This document shows, piece by piece, positions 12,423 to 22,694 of a stretch of DNA of 64,000 bases. Numbering within the stretch: the stretch's first letter is position 1; every line of letters starts with the position of its first letter. Made by a program: the position numbers and the translations under genes. The stretch spans positions 1 to 64,000 of the forward strand of contig QPMI01000673.1 of NCBI GenBank assembly GCA_004431415.1. The letters are read 5' to 3'. Origin of the DNA: Cyanophora paradoxa CCMP329. Its lineage: Eukaryota > Plantae > Glaucophyta. Below the pieces are notes generated by a model. That model had not been told where the DNA came from and did no database searches. It was given only the letters and a program-made list of their open reading frames with translations.

Positions 12423-15400
12423 ATCGGCCCCGCCGTCTGGGGTGCCGCCGTCTTGGGGCCCCGCCTCGGGTTCATGAACGAGGGCAACGCGTGCTACGCC
12501 ATCGTCGTGGTTCACTGCATCGCCACCATCCAGACCATCGTCGCCGCCCTCGGCACCGAGAACTGGCAAGGCGGCGTCGCGGGACAGCTGCGGGAGCTCG
12601 TCTTGCAGGCGCGCGGGGGGCGCGGCGCCCCTGGGAGCTCGAACGCTCGCTAACGAGGCGCAGGTGTGCGAGGGGCGTCCCAACGGGGGAGGCGACGTGC
12701 ACTCGTGCCAGGGGCTCAAGCGAGCGGTGGCGGCCGCCGATGCCGCATCCGGCTCCCCGCCCAGAAGCCCGTGGGAATCGCCGTTCTGGGGCGCAACTCA
12801 GCAGGACGCGTACTTGTTCTTCGTGAAAATGTGCCAGGAGCTACCCAAAGCGGTAAAAGCCCGGCCCGCGCCCATCGCCCCCCCCAGCGCCCTCGGCCCT
12901 CACGCCCGCGCACCGCCCGGGCAGGTCCAAGCAGCGTACACGTTCGGTGTCCGACGGGACACGAAGTGCGAACGATGCAAGTACACGTCCGCCGTCTTCG
13001 AGGAGCAGGGGGACATCCCCGGCTCACTCCCCCAGTCGAGCGGCGCCCCGACGCGCTCCAGCACCCTTGATCTCCTCCGTCGTTACTTCAAGGTGCGCGA
13101 AAGCGGAAACGCCGGCGCTGCCCCTCGCAAAAAAACGCCCCGGGCGTCGCAGGCGGACAAATTCAAGTGGACCCCCTGCTCTGAGTGCAAGGTGGATACG
13201 GATGGGGCAGTGTTGACCCGGCTCGACGTCAGCACCCGCGACGGGAAGGGGCAGCCCCGCGCGCCGCTGCCGCCCGCGCTGGTGGTGCACGTCGGACGCT
13301 GGACCGACGGCTCGGACGCGCAGAAGCGCTACGACCCCGTCTACCCCGACAAGCGCATCGACCTCACCAAGCTCGGGAAGAACGCCTTCTACCCGAACCT
13401 GCCCGAGCCCGGGAGCGCAACGTACACCCTCCGCGCCGTGCTGCGGCACCACGGCCTCACGCTGGCCGGCGGGCACTACACGGTCCGTTCCCTACCCGCA
13501 TAGAACGACACCGCGCCCGTCTCGTCGCCTCTCCCGCCCGGATCGACCCCGCCCGCAGGTCGACGTGCTCTGGAACGGGAAATGGAGCCGGTGCAACGAC
13601 AAGAGCGTCACGCAGGCGAGTCTGGACCGCCCGCTGCGCCGCGCCGCGTGGGGCAGCGGGGGAGCGCCCTGTTTTTACAAACCAGGCGACGGCGTCCGCA
13701 GGTGATGGAATCGGAGGTCCTCGGCGGAGGCGGCGACGCGTACATGCTCTTCTACGAGAAAGAAGAGCACGTCGGCGGCGGGCTGGGTCCCTCGGCGTCG
13801 AGCCCCGGCCCCTCCCCGCCCGCGGTCGCTCCCGCGTCGCCATCCTACGCCGACGCGGTCCGGGGCCCGCGGGCGGCGGAGCCCGCCGCCGCCCCGGAGC
13901 AGGCGGCAGCCGGCCGCCGGCTGCCCCAGCGCCGGCGCAGGCCAGCTCGCAGGCCGCCGCCCCGGCGCCGAAGCGCGGCAGGCCGGCTCCGGCCAAGGCG
14001 GCGGCGGCGGAGGAGGAGGAGGAGGAGGCAGCGCCGGCGACGGCGCAGGCCAGCTCGCACGCCGCCGCCCCGGCGCCGAAGAAGCGTGGCAGACCGGCGA
14101 GCAAGGCCGATACGGCAGCGGCGGCGGAGGACGCGCCGCCGACGGAGTGGGCGGCGTGCGATGGGTGCACGAGGTGGCGGCGGCTACCCGCGGGGACGCG
14201 CGTCGCGGGCGGAGCGTCGTTCTACTGCACGGACCTCCGCGGCATCACCTGCGAGACCCCCGAGGACCACTGGGACGACGAGGAGGAGATCATCGCGGAC
14301 AGCGCACAGGCCGCCGCCGCCCCGGAGGCAGCGACGCAGGCCAGCTCGCCGGCCGCCCCCGACGCCCCCGCCGCCCCGAAGAAGCGGAGCCGGCGGAGCA
14401 AGGCGACGGGGGCCGCCGCCGCCCCGGAGCAGGCGGCAGCCGGCTCGCCGGCCTCCCGGCCGCCGCCAGCTCGCCGGCCGCCCCCGCCGCCCCCGCCGCC
14501 CCGAAGAAGCGGGGGCCGCGGAGCAAGGCGAAGGGGCCGCCGCCGCCCCGGAGCAGGCGGCAGCCGGCTCGCCGGCCGCCCCGGAGGCAGCGACGCAAGC
14601 CAGCTCGCCGGCCGCCCCCGCCGGCCCCGCCGCCCCGAAGAAGCGGGGGCGGCAGCAGGCGGCCGAGGCGAAGGGGGCCGCCGCCTCCCCGGGCACGGAG
14701 CAGGACCCGGTTCGCGGCCCTCGCGACCCTGCATGCGCTCCAGGCTGACATCTTGCCAGGAAAAGGGTGGCGGACAGGAGCAGCAGCAGGAGAAGAAGAA
14801 GAAGGGGAAGCAGAGGTCGACGTTGGACCGCCACGACGCCCAGGCGAGGCCCCTCTCCCGCCCGCACCGCCCGCCCGCCCGCCCGCGCCTCCCAGACCAG
14901 TGCCGACCCCCGCCGCGGCCGCGCAGAGAAAGGAGCACAGCCTGGCGCGCAAGAGGAAGAGCGAGAAGCAGAACATTAAGGAGGCTAGCACGCAGCGCAC
15001 TCGCGCCCGTTGCGCCGCCCCGCATCTCTTACCCCGCGCCCCCGCGCAGAGAAAGGAGAAGGCGAAGAAGGGGGAGACCGCGAGGGCCGAGGCGAAGGCC
15101 GCGGACGCGGAGGCGACCCCCGCGGCGAAGAGTGAAGCGCCCGACGCGTCCCCGGCACCGACCCGCCCCGACAAGGCCTTGAGCGAGGTCCGGCACGCCC
15201 CGCACTCGCACCCACCGCGCCGCGCGCCCCCCTGCGCCGCCACGCTCACCCCTGCGCCGCCAGGAGGAGGAGGAGGTGCTGGGCAAGAAGGGGAAGGCTC
15301 GGATGCAGGCGGCGAAAGAGCACCTGAAGCGGCGGAGGGAGGCAGCTGCAGCGGGCGAGGGGGCGGACGGCAAGGGCGAGGAGGGGCAGAGCGCCAAAAA

Positions 15401-18400
15401 GAAGAAGAAGAAGAACAAGAAGAAGAGCAACAACAAGAAGCCCCCGCAGCGCTGCGGCGGGTGCGGCGAGGCGTTCGCCGACGAGGACTACGCCGTGACC
15501 CCGAGCGGCCACCGGAGGCTGAAGATCGCGGAGGGCCACATCCTGCAGTGCGCGGCGGGCGGCGACGGCGACGGCGGCACCCACCACGCCCACCACGCCC
15601 GCTGCGCCAACCTCTGCGGCCGTTTCAAGGGCGTCCAGCGCGACGGCGACACCTGGACAGCCGTGTTCACGCGCGGGGACGGCGAGGCGTGTCCCCTCCC
15701 CCGTCCAGCCCCTCCCGCCACCCGCCCGCGCGCGGCCTGACCGCCGCCTCCCGCCCGTCAGACGGCGCGCGTCACGGGCCTTCGATCGCCTCGTCATCGC
15801 GGTGCACGGGCCGGAGAAGGCGCGGGACCTCACCAATTTCCCGCCGGAGCACTACAAGAGCCAGTGCTTCTTCCGGGGCCGGATCCCCGGCCGCGAGGAG
15901 CGGCCCGCCGCCTCGTGCTCCCTCGAGGCACGCCCGCATCCCCGTAGAAAAGGCGCACCCCTCCCTGCCCCTCCCTCACTCCCGCCCCTCCGCGCAGGAG
16001 ATCGCAGAGGCCGTCGGGGCGTTTGGGCGGGCCGAGGACGAGGCGCTGGCGAAGTGCGAGGAGGACGAGCGGGCGGAGGCCGCGCGGCTGGCGGCGGCGA
16101 AGTCGCCGTCCTTCGAGGTGGACAAGGCGGCTGCCGCCCTGAAGAAGAAGAGGGAGGACGCGGCGCGCTTCGTGGCGATGCGCCTGCAGCACTTCGAGGA
16201 CGCCATGGGCGCCTGGCCGTCGGGCAGGAAGAAGCGGGCGAGGCGGGAGGCGAGGACGCAGGCCAAGAAGAAGGGGATCCAGAAGTGCGCGGACGGCTGG
16301 GTCGAGAAGGCGGCGGCACGGCTGGCGGCGGCCGAGGCGAGGATGGCGGCGGCCGCGGCCGAGGCCGCGCCGGGGCCGGGCGGGCGGCGGGGCCGGCGGC
16401 GCAGCCCCTGGTACTGCCCCTGCCACCGCCTCGAGCCCGGCAAGGGCCCGCAGGCGGTCGCCGCTGACGTGGAGAAGACGCAGAAGCTGTGCGGCCCGAC
16501 CGACCCTCTGCGAGCGCCGCCCGCCGCCCCGCCGACGCCCGCCCCGCAGCGCGATCAAGGAGGGCGACGTGCTGCCCGCGCTCGTGACGGTGGCGGAGCG
16601 CACGGGCTTCGTCTGGGGGATGGCGGCAGCGGCGCGGAGGGGCACCCTCGCCTTCTTCAACGAGAGAGTGAAGGAAGCCCTGAAATACGTGCGCGCTGCT
16701 CTCGCTCTCATCCTTCCGGGCTCATGCCCCCCGCAGATCTTCGAGCCGTGCAAAGGCAGCATGGTCAAGGTGACCGAGCCCTCCCTTGTTGAGCCATCGC
16801 AACCCCTGCCTCCGGGCTGACGACCGCGCCCCCGCAGATATTCCCGCCGGAGGGCGGTCCCAGGTGTCGGCGCTGCACCCCCGAGGCGAAGTTCGCCAAC
16901 ATGCGGCAGCTCGCCGGCCACACGCGCCGCTGCGTGCGCGCCGCCCGCCCCACCCACGCCGCTCACCTACGGCTCCATCGGGGCCCCTGCGCCGTCTTAC
17001 GTGCGCCCGTTCGTTCTCGGTGCGGGGACCAGCACGAGGGCGCGGCGCTGGACTTCCCAGGGCCGTTCGCGTCCTCCCACCGCCTCCTCGCGAACCTGCC
17101 CTACACCAACGAGATCCACGAGGTCCGAGATAGGGGCAAGATGCCGCCGCGGCCGGAGGGCGGCTACGCTGGAGCTAGCTTCATCATAGACGCCGTCCTG
17201 AAACAGCTGGATGAGCTGGGTGAGACCTCGCCCCCCCGACCCTGACCCTGGCGCGCGCGGAGGAGGGCGGTGGTGGCCTCGAGCTCACGGCCGGCGCGCA
17301 GCCCCCAGAGCGGAACAGGAGGGCGACCTCTACGACACCGTGAGGACGCGTGACGCGAAGACGCGGCGCACGGAGGACGGGGGCAAGGTCGCCCAAGCAG
17401 AGACCACTGCAAGTCCCCTCAGCGCCCTCCCCACGCTCCGCTAGCCCGCGCCCCCACCGCCCCCGCCGACTCTGCTGCAGGAACCCTCCTGGTGGGCGTG
17501 CGAGAAGTGCGGCGAGGAGTGCAACACCAGGAGCGGGCTGAAGGCCCACAAGCCGGTTTGCCCCTCCAAGAAGAGCAAGGTGAGCCTTTCTTTTTTTGGG
17601 GGGGGGAGGGGGAAGGGGAGGGAGGAGAGGGGGTGGAGGGGTAAGGGATGGGTTAGAGGGGGGGGGAGGCGGAGGGAGGGGGTGGGGGTGGGGGGAGGGG
17701 GAGAGGAGAGGGGAGGGGGGGAGAGGGGAGAGGAGAGGGGAGGGGGGAAGGGGGGAGGAGGGGGGGGGAGGGGGGGAAAGTTTTGTGGAGGGCCGCTCAG
17801 CCTAACCCCGCCCCTGCCGCAACAGAAGAAGAGGGCGAGGGGCGACGACGAGGAGCAGGACGACGACGACGACGGCGGCAGCGGCGCCGACGAGGGAGAG
17901 GAGGCGAAGGTGGGGGCGCAGGCGCCCACGGCGTGCAGGAGGCGTTTCCTCCACACGGAGACGGAGGAGGAGAAGCAGAGTGTCAGGGACGCCGTCGAGG
18001 CAGCCGCGACCGCCTACAACGGGTACCGGTTCGTGACCTTGAGCTTCCGAAAGCAGGTGCGCGCGATCCTCGCAGCGCGGTGGTACGCGGCTCCGCCTTC
18101 GTCCGAGCGCGTCCTCTCGCGCAGATCCTGGACCTCGACCCCGCCCAGCGTCGAGCTGCCCTGCGCATCATCATCGCCAACAAGGAGAGCAAGACCGGCC
18201 TCCGCCTGGCGCTCGAGCAGCTCCGCAGGGAGGTGCCCTCTGCCTCCCTGCCCGGGGGCGAACTGGGCGCGCCGCACGGCCGGCCGCTGACCCTGACCCG
18301 TGCCCTTCAGTTCGCGGAGGAGCGAGACAGGGAGAGGCGCAAGGAGGACCCCGGCTGTGGAAAGAAGACAAAAGCGGACAATGTGCTCAAAAGCAAGGTC

Positions 18401-20412
18401 CTCGACGCGATCGAGGAACAGCGCCCGACCAGCGTCGACGGGCTGATCGCGTGCAAAGTGCCCCGGGCCAAGGCCGCCAGCGCGTTCGGCAAGCGCCTGC
18501 TCGAATGCGTCAGCAGCCATGCAGCCGGAGCGCAGAGCAAGGCGCCGGCCCCCGTTCCCGCCACCCCGCCGGCTGCCCCGGCGCCTCCCGCCTCGCCCCC
18601 CGCCGGTACGCGCACCCCATTTATCACGCTCTGTACCCCCCGCAGAATCCCTCCCGACCCCTCCCGAGCAGGCGGGGCGGGGAAGAAGGCGGGGGGGGCG
18701 CGGGGGCCGACGGGCAAGAAGGCGAAGGGGACGTCGCAGAGGACGTCGCAGGGGACGACCCGGCCGCCGGCGCGGACGGCGCGCCGCCCCCGGGCACCGC
18801 CGCCGCTCCCGGTGGAGGAGATGCGCAAGATGCGCGATGCGTACATCTGCACGCTGCCCCCCGGGCAGTGGGATCGCTGCCTGAAGGTGGACTCCGCCAT
18901 AAGGGGCATCGCGCTGGACGACTATCTGGCCGCGCTCCAGCGGCAGTTCGAGCGGCACAAGCCCGTCGCCCAACTCAGGTGACGGGGGGGCGCGTTGCTC
19001 AGGGGCGCCCGTCGGCCTCCTGGACGTGACCCTCGCGCGTTTTCGCAGCCCCCGCAACTGGCACACCCGCGAGCGGATGTCCGCCGGTGTGAAAGGGTTC
19101 ACCTACAACCAACCCAACAGCGCGTTCTGGAAGGACTTCAAGAAAATGCGGACGCACGAGGGGAAGATGCCGGACAAGATCGACCACGACTCGCGGCTCG
19201 TCCTCGAGCGCAGCGGCAGGGCCTGGTGCGGTCACGAGGGTGCGGGCCGCGCAGCTCTGCCCGCTGAGAGCCCCCGCAGGTTCTGCGAGCCGTGCGCACC
19301 GAACGAGACCCGCGCGGCGAAGCGGGGCGGCGCCGCCGGCTACGCGCGGGCCACGGCCAAGGAGATCAAGCTGCGCGGCGGCCGCCTGATCGCGCTCGAC
19401 CCCGGGCTGCGTGACTTCCTCGTCGGCTTCGACCCCGACGGCTACGCCCTCTTCGTGCGCCTCCCCCTCCCCCCCGCCCCCGTTTCTCAAATAGTCTAAT
19501 CGTTAACGGGGCGCGTCGGCAGTTCGGGCGCGGAGAGCACTTCGCGCGGGAGAAGCGGCTACGGCGCGCGGACAAGTACGAGGCGCTGGCGCGGAACAAG
19601 GAGAAGAAGAGTGAGCGGAAGGCCCTCCCACAGCGCTCCTGTAACGCCCGCGGCCGCAGTCCCCCACGCCAAGCGGCGCCGCCTCATGAGGAGGGCGCGG
19701 CGGATCCGCGATCTGGAGCACAACAGGGGCACGGAGTTCATCCGCGGCGTCGTCCGGTGCGCTGCCCCTCCGCGCCCGCCGGCCGCTGCCGCTCCGAACC
19801 CCGACATAACCGCTCAGCTTCCTCGTGGAGAACTACACCGTGATCATCACGCCCGACTTCGGAACGAGCCGGATGGTCCGCCGCGGGGGTCGGGTTCTCA
19901 ACCCGTGGTGTGCCCGCGAGCTGCTCAAGCACCGACACTATGAGTGCGCCGCGCCCCCCGCCCTCCGCCGGGGAGACCCCGCGGGCCCCGAATCCGCCCC
20001 TCTCCGCCCGCAGGTTCCGCATGCAGCTGCTCGAGGCCGCCAGGCTCTGCCCCGGGTGCACGGTCCTCATCGTCTCGGAGGCCTACACCTCGAAGACGTG
20101 CGGGCGCTGCGGGGCGATCCACGACAAGCTCCGCTCGAACAAGACCTTCAAGTGCCCGCGCGGGTGCGGGTACGAGGCGGACCGCGACGTCAACGGGGCC
20201 CGGTGCGCTGCGCGCGCGGGCAGGCGGCTGCGGGGCCGGGAGAAAGAGGTTTGCCGTCGCAACGACTAACCCTACCCCGCCCCAGGAACGTGCTCCTGCG
20301 GGTGATCTCGGGCGTGGACGAGGGGCGCAGGCTGCCGGCCTCGGAGCAGGTCAAGCAGCTGATCTTCGAGATGCGGAAGGTCTCGCGAGCTGCAACCTCT
20401 GAAGAGGCATGA
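12423..20412 (+). CDS. Giant multi-exon USP - AT-hook - zf-CW - AP2 - Zn finger - Fanzor (HRDC insert) gene; true start probably upstream (~12070-12210)
   Basis: Exons chain through short GT/GC-AG introns with no intergenic gap. Several apparent frameshifts lie upstream of the nuclease core. Stop TGA at 20410-20412. Confidence 0.65.
12460..13765 (+). CDS. USP (peptidase C19) deubiquitinase domain
   Basis: Cys box GFMNEGNACY; QQDA; CERC and CSEC finger cysteines; His box YTLRAVLRHHGLTLAGGHYT; WSRCND; AYMLFYEK. Confidence 0.9.
14144..14275 (+). CDS. CW-type zinc finger
   Basis: EWAACDGCTRWRRLP...FYCTDLRGITCETPED matches the zf-CW pattern. Confidence 0.85.
15621..15855 (+). CDS. AP2-type DNA-binding domain, internally deleted
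   Basis: RFKGVQRDGDTWTAVF followed by RAFDRLVIAVHGPEKARDLTNFPPEHY; the central TAEEAA-like segment is missing, with a frame change near 15775. Confidence 0.7.
17928..20412 (+). CDS. Fanzor2 (IS607-TnpB-type) RNA-guided endonuclease domain
   Basis: N-terminus RRRFLHTETEEEKQSVRDAVEAAATAYN; IDHDSRL; RuvC-I IALDPG (D codon 19398); FLVENYTVIITPDFGTSRMV; HYEFRMQLL; rearranged Glu in VSEAYTSKTCGRCG (20078); FKCPRGCG; DRDVNGARNVLLR (20180-20188). About ten introns. Confidence 0.93.
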
Positions 20413-20627
20413 CCTCCGCCCCGCCGCCCCAGCCCCACCGCGCCACCGCCACCCCCCACCTCCCGCCTCCGCTGTCTCTACTGTCTGCGATACTGTCTGC
20501 CAGGCTGGTTCATGGTTGTTACCATCTTCGAATTCGTCCCCAGTGCAGGGTCTCGAGCTCAAGCCCACCCGGCCCTAGCTAGCCTTAGCTCGAGCTCGTA
20601 CCTCTTAATTGCTTACTTTAGCTATAG

Positions 20628-21180
20628 TCAATCGGCTAGCGCTGCGGCGCAGCTGCAGCTGCCACAGCCTGCCAGGCTGCAGCTGCAGGCTGCAGGCGCC
20701 GGCGGCAGCGCTGCGATTACGATCGTAATTAATTACGATCCGATCGCGAATCCACGTGAATATCAATCGGCTGCGGCGCAGCTGCAGCTGCCACTGGCAG
20801 GCTGCAGCTGCGCATGCAGGCTGCAGGCGCCGGCAGCGCTGCGATTACGGTCGTAATTAATTACGATCGCGAATTCACGTGATCATGAATATCAATCGGC
20901 TAGCGCTGCGGCGCAGCTGCAGCTGCCACAGCCTGCCAGGCTGCAGCTGCAGGCTGCAGGCGCCGGCGGCAGCGCTGCGATTACGATCGTAATTAATTAC
21001 GATCGCGAATCCACGTGAATATCAATCGGCTGCGGCGCAGCTGCAGCTGCCACTGGCAGGCTGCAGCTGCGCATGCAGGCTGCAGGCGCCGGCAGCGCTG
21101 CGATTACGGTCGTAATTTTTATAATTAATTACGATCGCGAATTCACGTGAATATCAATATTAATCAGCGCTGCGGCGCCT
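20628..21180. repeat. Palindrome-rich tandem repeat, ~130-bp unit x4 in A-B-A-B order
   Basis: Units begin TCAATCGGCT at about 20628, 20763, 20892 and 21022, and contain GCAGCTGCAGCTGC, ATTACGATCGTAAT and CACGTG. Confidence 0.9.
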
Positions 21181-22419
21181 TCGAGCTCGAGCTCGAGTGC
21201 GCGCTATATATTATATACCTAGTCCTGAATTTGCATACCTAGTCCTGATAAACAGTCCTGCCCCGGGGGCAGTGCAACCTCTGGTCTGAAGTCGGGGTGG
21301 GTCACGAGCCCCACCCCCTACGCCTCGGGAAAATCTGTGTCGAAGGCCCCACATGCTATGACAGGGCGTAGGGACTTTGAGAACCTGGATCATAGTATAG
21401 CTAGCGCTGTACGCACGTATACGTATACATGCATACATGTACATGTACATGTACATGTACAGGGCGTGGAGCTCGAGCTCGACTCTAGATCCGATGATCG
21501 ATATCTTGATCTAGATCTCGAGCTCCTCTAAAACTCCCTCGAGCTCGATGTATAAAAAGGCCGAGCTGCCTCGGATGGCCGCATTCTTCGCCCATCGCGA
21601 GAAAGGTGATCTTTGCTTTAACTTCCCACCCCCGCGCCGAAGCTGGGATCTAGATCTAAGCGGTAGTCCGGCGGTCCTCGCAGGTCAACACAGCAAAGCT
21701 GCGACGGCCGCCTCCGCGCGGCCGGGCGCGGCGTGTTCTGGTCCGCTTCGCCCGCGCGCGCCGCCCCGCGCACGTGCTCGCGCGCGTGCATGATATCATG
21801 CATATGATTCTCGCGCGCCCTGACTCCGGAAAATTCGGCCCCGCGCAGGGCGCTGCCTCCTAGGGGATTTGCGCTTCTCCGCGCAGGAACTCGTCGAAGC
21901 TGCCACGCGGTCCTCGTGAGCACACCCCGCGCAGCGCTAGCGCGCGCGCGACGTCGCGTCGTTCGCGTCGTTTGATTTTCTGGGCGCTTGTAATTCCGCA
22001 GATCTAGAGGCCCGCTTCGGCGGCGGCGACGAGTGCGCTCGCGGAATCTTTCGAATCATTGAATTCTTTTTTATTTTCGATTCTTATGCGCGTGTGCACG
22101 CGCCAGGCTCCACCCGCGATGCGTTGCGCAGCTCCTTCCCCGACCGAGGCCGCGCTCAGGTACGCGCATGCGCAGCGCGCGCGCACGCGATCGAGCTTGT
22201 AGAAATTCAAGCTTGCCTCTTTTTTAAGCTTCGGGCGCTCGCGGTCGAGCGCCGACGTCGCGCGCGCAGGGGTTCCGTATGGATCTACACGCGCCCCGCT
22301 CTGGCAGGCCACCCAATCCCTCTGTGCGCTCTTCGGCGAGCAGCACTCACATTGGGCACCAGTGCGCCCCCTTCGAATTCGTCTTCGATTTCGTATGTTT
22401 TCTATAATTAATTTGATTT

Positions 22420-22694
22420 CGCGCGCGGCGTCGCGCAGGCGATCCGCACGGATTGCGATGGCCCCAGTACCCCAGCTTCGATCCGACGCGGCTCGATGCG
22501 GCTCCACCTTACGCACCTTCGGGAGCGGGGGAGGCCCGGTACCGGTCTCCCGGTCCGGGGCTCGTTGGGGTTCCGGCCCCCTCGGGCAGCATTCCTCTCC
22601 CTTAGCGGCCAGTCCGTGGCGGGAACGGGCGAGCCTTCGGGCACGGCCCGCACCTCTGATCTTCCGATCTTAAGCACGTAGGGCAAGTAGACCT
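22420..22694 (+). ncRNA. Candidate Fanzor omegaRNA: scaffold to 22674, guide from the flank at 22675-22694
   Basis: Hairpin at 22439-22456; long-range stem CCCCAGC/GTTGGGG; two C(UUCG)G-capped hairpins (about 22512-22527 and 22626-22650) abutting the inferred right end. 5' end unknown. Confidence 0.6.

Larger units (their letters stand above)
11862..22674 (+). mobile_element. Fanzor2/IS607-like element, apparently non-autonomous, bounded by TTAAG
   Basis: TTAAG at 11862-11866 and 22670-22674; subterminal direct repeats at left; Fanzor gene; structured right end; no transposase or recombinase recognised. Ends inferred from a single copy. Confidence 0.65.

Noticed and set aside
17580-17825. 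G-rich tract as coding sequence or a functional G-quadruplex
   Set aside because: It lies in a GT-AG intron and is low-complexity purine sequence of doubtful base accuracy.
20628-21180. CRISPR array or coding ORF 20512-20856
   Set aside because: Whole units are duplicated with no unique spacers, and the ORF is simply a translation of the repeat.
11862-22674. piggyBac (TTAA) transposon or Helitron
   Set aside because: No terminal inverted repeats, DDE transposase or Rep/helicase, and no 5'-TC/CTRR-3' end pair at the inferred boundaries.
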